Below, piece after piece: positions 8,376 to 17,865 of a stretch of DNA of 64,000 nucleotides. The notes under the pieces are model-generated. The model saw only the letters and a list, made by a program, of their open reading frames with translations, was not told the origin of the DNA and made no database searches. Within the stretch, counting starts at the first letter, position 1. Every line of letters starts with the position of its first letter. Position numbers and translations under genes: made by a program. Source of the DNA: an uncultured Leptospira sp. (lineage in GTDB: Bacteria; Spirochaetota; UBA4802; UB4802); assembly GCA_964509195.1 (NCBI GenBank), contig CAZDWJ010000001.1, forward strand, positions 30,311 through 94,310, in the 5' to 3' direction.

Positions 8376-11068
8376 GGCTTATATTTTCCAATTGATTCAA
8401 TAGTATACTGTTTAATCTGTTCATTTTTCCGTATTTCTACCACATCACCTATTTTTTTGCCCAGCAATGCCTGTGCAATCGGTGAACGATACGACAATAT
8501 ACGCTTTTCAAAATCTGCATCCCATGGTCCAAGAATAGCAAACGTTTCCTTTTCGCCATCTCCTGAAATGGTTACCACTGTACCAATACTCACTTTGTCT
8601 GTTGAGACAGTGTTCAAATCAAGTATCTGTGCCTTTTTAATCTCACTTTCCAGTTTATTTATATCTCGTTTGAGTATCGACTGTTTTTCAAGCAATGCAT
8701 TATATTCAACATTTTCACGCACGTCTCCTGTTGCATCCGAAACTTTTGCAAGCTCTTTAGAAATAGCGGCTAATTCAACATTAACAAGCCGGTTGAGTTC
8801 CTCCTGTTTACGGGTAAAACCTTCCTGTGTTGTGATTAAAACCTCAGCATCAACTTTCCACTCCTCTTCTGTGGTCTTCTGCAATGGTTTAAAATCTCCA
8901 AATCGGGATTTTATAATGTCCAGAAATTTCTCCCTCATCGAATCATCAACATAAGATATACCGCTAAATATATCATACACCTTACCTAAAAACTGTATAT
9001 CAAAGGCATTCACCATATCTTTCAGTACAGCTGCATCATTATCAAAGATAATGTCCAGAGCCAGATTTTTAAGCCTGCTTCCTTTTTGCTCAATCTTCTT
9101 AAGTTCATTCATTAATCTGAACAATGTCAGTACCAGTTGTTCACGGGAATAATCCAGCCAATCATAATCCCATGATTTCGATAGCAGATTCTTTGCGACC
9201 CACAGGAATATTTCGGGGAATTCCTTAGCACCAACAAGTGCTTGTTCCACAAACCTGTTAATGATCCCATATTCATGGGAACGAATCAGAATATTAACAA
9301 TATACTTATGTATTCTGACTGGTGTTTCAAAAAGTATTTGCGAATAAATATCAGCCCAGTCTTCTCTGGCTTCCTTAATAAGATTAATTAAATCTTTTTT
9401 GTAATCATAAGAACCTATCTTACGCGATATTGATGGTAGATCCTGTGATTCCTTTACTATAGCAAGCATATTCCTGTATGCCTGATCAAGCTTAAGCTTT
9501 TTAGCATCAATAAACTTACTTAAACCATTGAGAATAAAATATGACAAGATCTTTCTTGTAATCGAATCACCTTTCAGTTCTAAAGAAAAATAATCAACAA
9601 AGAATTGAGCTACTGCAACTCCTTCATTGGCATCGATATTATTTACAAATTCGATTGCAACATCAAGTTTTTCAGTAAACGAATCTGTTTTAAGAAAATT
9701 ATCAAGCAATTCATCTGCAAATGTAAGCGGTTTATCCCGCATTATAACGACATCTTTCTTTTCCGGTGAAATGCCAAACAAAGGTGATTTTTTAATTTCA
9801 GTCCTCTTGTTACTCCACCATTTTGCCCATGCTTTTTCACTTACAAAATCTGGTATCAGTTCTTTTTTGATATCTGCTAATGCAATACTGCCATTGTATG
9901 AACGTATCAGAATCTCAAAAAATTGCAGGAAGTCTTCTTCAAAAAGTTTTTTAAGGCCTTCATAGTCCTCATACTTTAACACCTGTATATGATCACTTTT
10001 AAGAGGTGTTAATGCCTGCAAAGCCATCTGCACAGACATCTGGTGCCCTGGTTTTTCCTTAAAATCAATAATTATATTATTAGGTGTTATATCTACAATT
10101 CTTCCAACACCCCAGCTTCTATGCCGCACATAATGACCTTTATCAAAAATGATACTGTTTTCAAAATCCTGTATAGCATGCTTTACGGGATATTTGAAAT
10201 TGTTAAGCTTTGATAACTTTAAAAATAACTGAAACTGTGAATGTGCTCCATATTTTTTCTCGTATAATTTTACTAAATCCCTGCGAGCAGCTGTATCATT
10301 TGGAGTATATTCAAGTATTTTCTTTAGTATCTGTATTGACTGATCCGGGTGTTCTTCGTCTTTGTATTTGTGAAGCAAGACCTTTAACAAAGAAGCTGTC
10401 AATTCATACTGCCTTGCTTCAATAAGCATCCTTTCAATTCTTTCAAAAAACTGAATATCCTCCCACGATACCTGTACCAGCTTATTCCAGAGATCAGATA
10501 TTTCATCATATAGTCCATTCTTAATATGCCCCTCAATCGAAAGCTTCATGTACTGAATACTTTTCTGTTTATCCTCATCTATCAAAGCCACTGCCAGTTT
10601 TTTTGCGACTTCAGCGTCAAATCTGTCTATTTTTAAAAGATTTTCCCACACCGGGATAGCTTCCTTGCTCCTGCCTAAACGCTCAAGGCTTGTTGCAAGT
10701 GATTTTAAAGCAAAACTGCTTTCTCCATGTTCCAGCACCTTTTCAGAAAGAAGCCCAACGATAACCCATTTATGATATTTTTGATACATATCTATAAGTC
10801 TGCGCATTTCCATCTTATCATCAATAATATCAAGATGATAACCCGTTAAGCCAATAAGATATGATGCGACAATTGAATCAGGATGATTCTGTATATGCTC
10901 CTTGCATATATCCCTTACTTCCTTCACAATGCCGGCAGCCACAACAGAATTAAAGAGATCATCAAGTATTCTGAATCGTGATATACCTACATCTTTAGGG
11001 TCAAGCCTTCCCCACATTTCTTCCTTAAACATTGAATGTACACGTTCAATCAATTTTTCCTTTTCCAT
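8372..11068 (-). CDS. greA: long-form transcription elongation factor GreA (~740-aa N-terminal extension + complete GreA module)
   Basis: The C-terminal ~160 aa has the GreA coiled-coil tip GDVRENVEYNALLEKQ and the C-terminal domain (ILGPWDADFEKRILSYRSPIAQALLGKKIGDVVEI). The upstream part is helical and repeat-like. Confidence 0.8.
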   Translation of the reverse strand: MEKEKLIERVHSMFKEEMWGRLDPKDVGISRFRILDDLFNSVVAAGIVKEVRDICKEHIQNHPDSIVASYLIGLTGYHLDIIDDKMEMRRLIDMYQKYHKWVIVGLLSEKVLEHGESSFALKSLATSLERLGRSKEAIPVWENLLKIDRFDAEVAKKLAVALIDEDKQKSIQYMKLSIEGHIKNGLYDEISDLWNKLVQVSWEDIQFFERIERMLIEARQYELTASLLKVLLHKYKDEEHPDQSIQILKKILEYTPNDTAARRDLVKLYEKKYGAHSQFQLFLKLSKLNNFKYPVKHAIQDFENSIIFDKGHYVRHRSWGVGRIVDITPNNIIIDFKEKPGHQMSVQMALQALTPLKSDHIQVLKYEDYEGLKKLFEEDFLQFFEILIRSYNGSIALADIKKELIPDFVSEKAWAKWWSNKRTEIKKSPLFGISPEKKDVVIMRDKPLTFADELLDNFLKTDSFTEKLDVAIEFVNNIDANEGVAVAQFFVDYFSLELKGDSITRKILSYFILNGLSKFIDAKKLKLDQAYRNMLAIVKESQDLPSISRKIGSYDYKKDLINLIKEAREDWADIYSQILFETPVRIHKYIVNILIRSHEYGIINRFVEQALVGAKEFPEIFLWVAKNLLSKSWDYDWLDYSREQLVLTLFRLMNELKKIEQKGSRLKNLALDIIFDNDAAVLKDMVNAFDIQFLGKVYDIFSGISYVDDSMREKFLDIIKSRFGDFKPLQKTTEEEWKVDAEVLITTQEGFTRKQEELNRLVNVELAAISKELAKVSDATGDVRENVEYNALLEKQSILKRDINKLESEIKKAQILDLNTVSTDKVSIGTVVTISGDGEKETFAILGPWDADFEKRILSYRSPIAQALLGKKIGDVVEIRKNEQIKQYTIESIGKYKP

Positions 11069-11321
11069 ATCTGCCTCTCATAATGAACATATTATTGTAT
11101 ATGTCATCATATTATAAAATATTAATATATGTATACTTTAAACCAATACCTTTGCCCCTACTAAATACTACCTGGCCCTTCAATGTAAATATATAAAAAA
11201 TTTAGCCCATCAATTATAAATATTAAGGAAGGAATAAAAAGATTTCCTGGTAATGTGTAAACTGTATATTTACTATATCAAAAAAGCAAGAACTTTTATT
11301 AGATAACCTACAATTCTTCAT

Positions 11322-11350
11322 AAAAACCAAACACCACGACTCGCGCGGTG
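11322..11350 (-). terminator. rho-independent terminator candidate downstream of flaA pair
   Basis: On the minus strand: GCACCGCG-CGAGT-CGTGGTGT hairpin followed by TTGGTTTTT, ~50 nt after the stop at 11400. Confidence 0.5.
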
Positions 11351-11399
11351 CTTGATTTTTATCAAATTTTCAAAATATATATACTTTATAACTTTATGC

Positions 11400-12233
11400 T
11401 TATTTTGTTCCCCCACTATGTTGTTGCATTAATTGATGCAGATTCTGTCCATCAAAATTAACCTCAAAGGTATCTGTAAGAACCTTTAGCTGATCAAAAA
11501 ACAGGTAAACATTTTCATTCCCAGCTTCAGGTTTTGCGCGTATTACAAAACGCACAATTTTAGTAACACGTGTTTGCGGATAGGTGTTTGCTTCCTGAGG
11601 AACATATTCAGGTATATACGCAATTAAAGGCCTCCACCCAACATATTTCAAAGATCCCATCTTTAAAATATGTACATCGCCTTTATAATCTTTAACCCAC
11701 ACTTCTAATTCGTAATCATGCCCTCTGCTATGCACCCATACTGAAATTGCCTTGGCTCTTCCGGGAAGTTGAATAGCCCTTTCCTGAACATCCTGTCCCA
11801 CCCGCGAATCATATGTCATCACCTTCTTCGTTGGGTCATCCCATTGTACTTCTAATGGAGGTAATAAATGTACTGAATTAAAGCCAGGATATTTAAACCT
11901 GAACTGAATGCCAATACATTTCTTCTTTTCTAATCCTTTATTGATTGGGCTCCATTTTTCAGGGACCAAATCCGCCGGACCGCCATCAACATATTTTAAT
12001 TCCAGCAACGGAACGGGATCCTTTTTTGGGTCCTGATGTTTTTTAGGCACAGTTTCCAAAACCCAATCTCCAGGATTTTCAAAATCTTCAACCACAAGTG
12101 CACTAAGTTGGTGCGCACTTATATCAGGTTGCACATTGGTAACAATTCTGGATTGTGCTTTTTCAGGGAAAATCCCTACACACACCATACCCATTATTAC
12201 AACAAGTACTGCAATACAACGTGTATATTTCAT
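11400..12233 (-). CDS. flaA: flagellar filament outer layer (sheath) protein FlaA paralogue
   Basis: Signal peptide plus the FlaA family pattern ISVWVHSRGHDYELEVWVKDYKGDVHILKMGSLKYVGWRPL and a C-terminal YLFFDQLKVLTD. Compare T. pallidum FlaA ...GLYVMMRDQDGEVHRYFMGYLLFDSWKEL. Confidence 0.8.
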   Translation of the reverse strand: MKYTRCIAVLVVIMGMVCVGIFPEKAQSRIVTNVQPDISAHQLSALVVEDFENPGDWVLETVPKKHQDPKKDPVPLLELKYVDGGPADLVPEKWSPINKGLEKKKCIGIQFRFKYPGFNSVHLLPPLEVQWDDPTKKVMTYDSRVGQDVQERAIQLPGRAKAISVWVHSRGHDYELEVWVKDYKGDVHILKMGSLKYVGWRPLIAYIPEYVPQEANTYPQTRVTKIVRFVIRAKPEAGNENVYLFFDQLKVLTDTFEVNFDGQNLHQLMQQHSGGTK

Positions 12234-12275
12234 ATTATTGCCTCCGAGGTCTCTTATTTGTCAACATAATTCGGT

Positions 12276-13007
12276 TTACCAGTTATCCCTGATATATGGA
12301 TCGCCAGTAAATTCTGACAGGTCAGTGATAACCCTAAAATTATCTAAATAAAAGTAAAAGGTACCAGGGACTTCGTATAAATCACTTTCCACAAAGAAGG
12401 AAACAAAATGCAAATTTTTATCCAGTAACGCATACCCTGGACTCTGAGGTAACCAGCCGGGAATAACTACTGATAATTCTCGCCAACCCCAGAAATCAAG
12501 CCTTCCTATTTTAATTTTATGGATAGCTCCTTTGTAATCGCGAAGCTTTATATAAAGCGTATGCCTGAATTTTCTGCCTAAAGCCCAAACTTTCACTTCT
12601 TTCGCTTTTCCTCGGATAATGTATTCGTTGGGCGGAAAAACTTCAACCCTGTCAAATCCCCGGTCCAGATAATATGTTTTAACACCCAAAACAAATTTAT
12701 TTTCGTGAGTAATACCGTTATCATCAGTAATTGTATCAGGATAGTTGATTTCATTTCCATTGTCATCTATGGGACGCGGTTTTCCTGGAATTTTTCTTAT
12801 TTTGGTATCACCAATAGGGCATGTTGCAACTGCACGCCAGTCCTCACATGCTTCAAAATCATCCATCCAGTCTTCGACTAAACCTGTTTGCTGTTTTTTT
12901 GGTTGCTGCGCTTCCTGCGCCTGCACCATTATATTGCCTCCACCGACCATTAATACCAGACTACCGATGGCAAGCGACAATATAAAAGCTTTGACCTCCC
13001 TTCTCAT
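12276..13007 (-). CDS. flaA: flagellar filament outer layer (sheath) protein FlaA paralogue
   Basis: Signal peptide plus VKVWALGRKFRHTLYIKLRDYKGAIHKIKIGRLDFWGWRELSVVIP and FYFYLDNFRVITD. AAGGAG RBS. Confidence 0.8.
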   Translation of the reverse strand: MRREVKAFILSLAIGSLVLMVGGGNIMVQAQEAQQPKKQQTGLVEDWMDDFEACEDWRAVATCPIGDTKIRKIPGKPRPIDDNGNEINYPDTITDDNGITHENKFVLGVKTYYLDRGFDRVEVFPPNEYIIRGKAKEVKVWALGRKFRHTLYIKLRDYKGAIHKIKIGRLDFWGWRELSVVIPGWLPQSPGYALLDKNLHFVSFFVESDLYEVPGTFYFYLDNFRVITDLSEFTGDPYIRDNW

Positions 13008-13090
13008 TGTCGACTCCTTTAATAAAAAGATTATAAAACAATATCGCTATTATGTTACACTCTTATCATACTGCTATGATATCATATACA

Positions 13091-13118
13091 TAATCGGAAA
13101 AAAAAGTAAAGAAATTTA
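13091..13118 (-). promoter_or_regulatory. sigma28-like promoter candidate TAAA-N16-TCCGATTA upstream of flaA
   Basis: Minus-strand read. It matches 6 of 8 positions of GCCGATAA, and the spacing is one nt longer than consensus. Confidence 0.3.
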
Positions 13119-13140
13119 ATATTAATTTGATATCATAGTC

Positions 13141-13170
13141 ATTATAGCAAATATTTAATACCATTGTAAA
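13141..13170 (-). promoter_or_regulatory. sigma70-type promoter candidate TTTACA-N18-TATAAT upstream of flaA
   Basis: Minus-strand read. Perfect -10 hexamer, ~130 nt upstream of the flaA ATG. Confidence 0.35.
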
Positions 13171-13482
13171 GCCAATGTCACCACTATTAAATACTGTTGA
13201 CTTTCGATAGTATGTGATAACACTTTATGAATGTCAAGAAATTAATATTTATTTCTTTTTTAATAATTTATTTACATACAATTATTATTGATTTTTTTAT
13301 CCATTCATGACAACAATTTATAACTTTAATATTTTTACCATATACTATTCAATGTGATAATAGCATACTAATAAAAGCAATAGTTACTGTAGTACTTTTT
13401 TATTGAAAACACGCAAAATGCAGTTTTAAAACAATTCATTTCATTATCTAAAACTACTATATACTATATGTGAGAGTGCAAG

Positions 13483-14346
13483 ATGGATATTGCTAAACGT
13501 TTACAGCAGAAAAAATTAATGCTATCGTTTGAAGTATTTCCACCAAAAACTCAGAATGGTGAAGAAAATTTATTCCATGAGCTATCGGTCATGGTACGCT
13601 TTAACCCTGATTTTATCTCTGTTACCTATGGAGCGGGAGGTTCAACAAGGGAAAAAACAGTGGAGATAGCTACCAGAATAAAATCCACATTTGCCATTGA
13701 ACCGTTAATCCACTTCACCTGCGTGGGACAAAGCAGGCAAGATATTGCCAGCTACCTTAATCATGTAAAATCACTGGGATTTCACAATATACTGGCGCTG
13801 CGTGGCGACCCTCCGGCAGGGCAATACCAGTTTACACCACACCCTGAAGGATTTCGATATGCCAATGAACTGGTTGAATTTATACGCAGCATGGACCATT
13901 TTACAATTGGTGTTGCAGGTTACCCTGAAGGCCACATCGAAGCACCTGATCTAGATACAGATATTACAAACTTAAAAAGAAAAGTAGATGCAGGTGCGGA
14001 CTTTATCATTACTCAACTTTTTTTTAACAATAATAAATTCTATACATTCATGGAAAAAACAGCAAAAACCGGTATTTCCATCCCTATCATCCCGGGGATT
14101 ATGCCACTGACCAATATGGCACAGCTACAGAAGGTCACCACCATGTGTAATCCTGATATGCCAGCTACATTGCTCCATGAACTTGAAAAATGCACCCTAC
14201 CTGAAGATTGGTGCAAAGTAGGGATAGAATTTACCATTAATCAGTGTAAAGAGTTGCAATCATTTGGAGTACCAGGTTTTCATTTTTATCCATTAAATAA
14301 ATCTTTTGCGGTTAAATCAATACTTGATGAATTCTGGCTTGGATAA
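13483..14346 (+). CDS. metF: 5,10-methylenetetrahydrofolate reductase
   Basis: 287 aa. SFEVFPPKT, ISVTYGAGGSTR, LALRGDPP and ITQLFF motifs. Confidence 0.92.
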   Translation: MDIAKRLQQKKLMLSFEVFPPKTQNGEENLFHELSVMVRFNPDFISVTYGAGGSTREKTVEIATRIKSTFAIEPLIHFTCVGQSRQDIASYLNHVKSLGFHNILALRGDPPAGQYQFTPHPEGFRYANELVEFIRSMDHFTIGVAGYPEGHIEAPDLDTDITNLKRKVDAGADFIITQLFFNNNKFYTFMEKTAKTGISIPIIPGIMPLTNMAQLQKVTTMCNPDMPATLLHELEKCTLPEDWCKVGIEFTINQCKELQSFGVPGFHFYPLNKSFAVKSILDEFWLG

Positions 14347-14368
14347 CTATGGATTCAGGAGGTTTTTT

Positions 14369-15259
14369 ATGAAATCATATCCATTTTATTTTTATACTGG
14401 AATCATCCTTATAGTTTTTATGCACATCTGTTTATTGCTCGATATCCGCATAGTGACAATATGGGCAACGCCAACTCTTTGGACAGGATTAATCCTTTTA
14501 ACAGACGGAATATTGGCAAAAAACAACCATTCATTAATCCGCAATAAAGTAATACTGAAATTAGCCTTACTTTCAATAGTATCCTGGTGGATGTTTGAGT
14601 GGTTTAACATATTTTTTTCAAACTGGCACTATCAAGGACTGGTGCAATCACTCTCTGTAAGATACTTTGGATATTTCTGGGCATTTGCAACCATCTTTCC
14701 TGGAGTACTTCTGGTTTATGGCATTATACTTTCAATTATGCCCAGAATCCTGTACAAACAGTTTCATCTTACTTCTACTTTTCTCATTGTATCTTTTATC
14801 ATTGGCCTTTTATTTATTTTTGTTCCTGTAATACCCTTCTCAATGTATTATACAGGCAGGGCAGCAGATCCTGATCTATTCATTTGGCTTAGATGGTCTG
14901 CAAATACATTTTACAGCGAATTCACTGCAGGTTTTATATGGTTAGGGTTTATTTTCATCCTGGAACCGCTTAACTATCTCCTTAACCGACCCTCATTATA
15001 TGCTGAACTAGTGCTGGGTAAATATACAAAGCTTGTAGCTCTCCTTATTACAGGGCTTTTGTGCGGATACCTGTGGGAATTCTGGAACTTTTGGGCTGCA
15101 ACAAAATGGATATATACCGTTCCCATCCTTCCGCACATTAAATTATTTGAAATGCCCATTTTGGGGTATATTGGCTTTGCAACATTTGCATGGGAAATTT
15201 ATGCAATAACAGCGCTGGTTTATCCTAAAGCCATAACAATCTTAGAAAGAGAGCACTGA
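14369..15259 (+). CDS. polytopic integral membrane protein of unknown function
   Basis: About 8 hydrophobic segments, Trp/Phe-rich (WEFWNFWAATKW). I chose the ATG at 14369 because AGGAGG lies 8 nt upstream. The ORF-track start at 14306 would overlap metF. Confidence 0.6.
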   Translation: MKSYPFYFYTGIILIVFMHICLLLDIRIVTIWATPTLWTGLILLTDGILAKNNHSLIRNKVILKLALLSIVSWWMFEWFNIFFSNWHYQGLVQSLSVRYFGYFWAFATIFPGVLLVYGIILSIMPRILYKQFHLTSTFLIVSFIIGLLFIFVPVIPFSMYYTGRAADPDLFIWLRWSANTFYSEFTAGFIWLGFIFILEPLNYLLNRPSLYAELVLGKYTKLVALLITGLLCGYLWEFWNFWAATKWIYTVPILPHIKLFEMPILGYIGFATFAWEIYAITALVYPKAITILEREH

Positions 15260-15265
15260 TTTCTA

Positions 15266-16894
15266 ATGGAAGAAATTATTGTCATTGGCCATAAAAATCC
15301 TGATACTGATTCAATATGTGCAGCATATTGTTATGCACACCTTAAAAACAAGATCGACCAACATAACCGTTACACAGCGTATCGCTGCGGTAATGTTAAC
15401 AGGCAAACACGATTTGTCTTTGAACAAGTCAATTTATCCCCACCCGAGATTATAAAAGATGTGTACCCAAAAGTCAGTGATGTAATGACCCGTACTGTTA
15501 TCACAGCACAACCTGATGATCCGCTATTTTCAATAATACACCACATTGAAAAAGACAGAATACGCATAATTCCTGTTGTCAGTGGCGATAGTTACTATAA
15601 AGGAATCGTAAGTTTTGCTGAACTTGCTGAATTTTACTTTTCTGCTACGTCTACTGCACAACCACTCTATTACTTTAAGCCCGATAATTTCACAGCTACC
15701 ATACCCGGACATTTCATAACGAAGGGGCAGGTAGAGGAATTTCAGGGGCATATTATAATTGGTGCCATGGAATCAGCACAATCACTTAAAGTGTTACAAA
15801 ACGTTAGCCCAGAAAAAACAGTGCTCATCGTTGGCAACCGGAAAAAAATAATTGAATTTGCATTACATTATAATTTTGCTGCAATTATTGTGACAGGGAC
15901 TCAAGATTTTGATTATGATACCAGCACCTATTCAGGCTGGATATATTGTTCACAATTAGATACATTCAATACATTGCGTTTGCTTACCTTAAGCATTCCC
16001 TGCCACTACATCATGAAGCAATCAGATACAATTTCGCCTGATAGCACAGTACAGCAGGCACGAGAAAAGCTTATAATGAGTGAGTATCGGGGACTGCCAG
16101 TATGTGACAATGGCAAACTCACCGGTATTATCACCCGTTCTGACCTAATCAAGCACTATGCAAAAAAAATGATACTTGTTGATCACAATGAACTGTCGCA
16201 GGCAGTTGAAGGTGCTGAGACTGCACATATCATTGAAATTATTGATCATCACCGTTTAGGGGCAATCAAAACAACAATGCCAATTTTTGTGTATTCAAAA
16301 CCAGTAGGCAGTACATGTACACTGGTATATGAGCTATATAAATACAATGGAATTCAGCCAGAGCCACATATAGCGTTACTTCTGTGCAGTGGAATATTAT
16401 CAGATACCGCAATGCTACTATCACCCACAAGCACTGATATGGACAAAAAAGCGTTAGAAGAATTATCATCTATAGCAGGTATAGATTATCACGAATATGG
16501 AAAGAAACTCCTGTCATCAACTGAAAGCCTGAAAATCATGGATCCAATGAATGCAGTCAGCAATGATTGTAAGATTTATCAGGAATATGGGGTTTCAGTT
16601 GCCATTTCTCAGGTTGAGGTTATCACGCTTGATGATATTGGAAGTGTTAAAGACTCATTGCTTGCTGCACTTTCAGAATTTGCAAAAAATAAAAATGTAC
16701 ACTGGGCATTATTACTGGTAACCGATATCACAACCCAGAACAGCATGCTCTTTTCAACTGATTTTGAAGGTGAAAAAAAGATAAGTTATACACAGATTGC
16801 ACCACATATGTATACCCTGCCAGGAATACTTTCCCGCAAAAAGCAGTTATTACCCGAAATATTGCGCATTCTTGAAGAGCTATCGCACAAATAA
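15266..16894 (+). CDS. CBS-domain family II (DHH/DHHA2) inorganic pyrophosphatase
   Basis: DHH motifs (GHKNPDTDSICAA, DHNE, DHHRLG). There is a CBS pair with a DRTGG-like insert (VLIVGNRKK...AIIVTGTQD) and a DHHA2 C-terminus. Confidence 0.85.
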   Translation: MEEIIVIGHKNPDTDSICAAYCYAHLKNKIDQHNRYTAYRCGNVNRQTRFVFEQVNLSPPEIIKDVYPKVSDVMTRTVITAQPDDPLFSIIHHIEKDRIRIIPVVSGDSYYKGIVSFAELAEFYFSATSTAQPLYYFKPDNFTATIPGHFITKGQVEEFQGHIIIGAMESAQSLKVLQNVSPEKTVLIVGNRKKIIEFALHYNFAAIIVTGTQDFDYDTSTYSGWIYCSQLDTFNTLRLLTLSIPCHYIMKQSDTISPDSTVQQAREKLIMSEYRGLPVCDNGKLTGIITRSDLIKHYAKKMILVDHNELSQAVEGAETAHIIEIIDHHRLGAIKTTMPIFVYSKPVGSTCTLVYELYKYNGIQPEPHIALLLCSGILSDTAMLLSPTSTDMDKKALEELSSIAGIDYHEYGKKLLSSTESLKIMDPMNAVSNDCKIYQEYGVSVAISQVEVITLDDIGSVKDSLLAALSEFAKNKNVHWALLLVTDITTQNSMLFSTDFEGEKKISYTQIAPHMYTLPGILSRKKQLLPEILRILEELSHK

Positions 16895-16896
16895 AA

Positions 16897-16921
16897 ATAC
16901 CCGCCAATAAATGGCGGGTAT
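16897..16921. terminator. bidirectional hairpin terminator between convergent pyrophosphatase gene and flaB
   Basis: ATACCCGCC-AATAAAT-GGCGGGTAT, flanked by an A-run upstream. It sits 3 nt after the stop at 16894 and ~45 nt after the flaB stop. Confidence 0.65.
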
Positions 16922-16967
16922 ATGGTATTGGGCGGGTATTCCCTGCTTAATTTTAAGCGTTTTTATA

Positions 16968-17819
16968 TTATGTTCCTAAAAGCTGTAAGATTGTCCGTGG
17001 TCGTAAATTTGCCTGAGCCAGCATCGCAGTACCACTCTGCACAAGGATCTGATCCTTGGTTAATTCGACCATTGTTTCAGCCATATCAGCGTCTCGTATA
17101 CGGCTTTCAGATGCCTGGATGTTTTCATATGCATTCATCAAGCCTTTTGCAGCATGTTCTAACCTGTTATAGTATGCACCTAAGTCAGCACGCTGTTTGG
17201 ATATTTTCTGCAAAGCTTCGTCTACTATCCCAATAGTTCTGTTGGCACCTTCTGCAGTTGAAAGATTTGCCAAAAACTTCCCGGTTTTTTCCCTCAGATT
17301 CAATCCCAATGAGGTCATGGTTCCAATGTATACGCGCTCTCTCTGATGCATATTGGGGCCCATATGGAACCACATACTTGCTTTTGGATTGGTTCGCGAG
17401 AAATCACCAAGCAAGAGTTTGAACTTGTTGAATTCAGCCTGGGATGCAATTCGGTCGATCTCATCAACTAGTGCTGACACTTCAACCTGAATGAGCTGTC
17501 TGTCTTCAAGAGTGTAAATACCATTGGAAGACTGTACAGCCAGAACCCTGATTCTCTGAAGTATTGTTGCAGTCTGGTTCAAATACCCTTCAGCTGTCTG
17601 CACAAACGACATACCGTCTTCAGTATTTCGTTCAGCCTGCCGCAACCCTTGAATCTGAGTTCTCATCTTTTCTGAAACAGCTAACCCTGAAGCATCATCC
17701 CCTGCTCGGTTTATTCGCATACCAGAGGATAGCTTCTCCATTGATTTGTCAACATCCCAGTGCTTGAATTTAAGCACTTTATTAGAGTTGATGGCTGTTA
17801 GATTGTGGTTAATAATCAT
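16968..17819 (-). CDS. flaB: flagellar filament core flagellin FlaB
   Basis: Typical spirochaete FlaB N-terminus [12 protein letters not shown]...[24 protein letters not shown] and C-terminus [26 protein letters not shown]. The start is taken at the MIINHN Met, with AAAGGAG upstream. The ORF track starts 2 codons earlier (17825). Confidence 0.93.
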   Translation of the reverse strand: MIINHNLTAINSNKVLKFKHWDVDKSMEKLSSGMRINRAGDDASGLAVSEKMRTQIQGLRQAERNTEDGMSFVQTAEGYLNQTATILQRIRVLAVQSSNGIYTLEDRQLIQVEVSALVDEIDRIASQAEFNKFKLLLGDFSRTNPKASMWFHMGPNMHQRERVYIGTMTSLGLNLREKTGKFLANLSTAEGANRTIGIVDEALQKISKQRADLGAYYNRLEHAAKGLMNAYENIQASESRIRDADMAETMVELTKDQILVQSGTAMLAQANLRPRTILQLLGT

Positions 17820-17845
17820 ACACACACTCCTTTGTGTTAATTTTT

Positions 17846-17865
17846 CCCTGATCTCCCTATCAGGG
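17846..17865 (-). promoter_or_regulatory. 5'-leader hairpin presenting AGGGAG loop (CsrA-type GGA site candidate)
   Basis: Minus strand CCCUGAU-AGGGAG-AUCAGGG, ~25 nt upstream of the AAAGGAG Shine-Dalgarno of flaB. Confidence 0.4.

Noticed and set aside
8457-8954. 165-aa plus-strand ORF inside greA, one of many similar antisense ORFs (e.g. 40219-40710, 41755-42225, 48646-49143, 51531-51977, 56034-56528, 57171-57599, 36472-36852)
   Set aside because: All lie wholly inside longer ORFs that have clear family motifs. They have Ser/Ile/Phe-rich low-complexity translations typical of shadow frames and lack an RBS.
14306-14368. Upstream extension of the membrane-protein ORF given in the track (start 14306)
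   Set aside because: It would overlap the end of metF by 41 nt and encodes a non-hydrophobic leader. The ATG at 14369 has a perfect AGGAGG 8 nt upstream.
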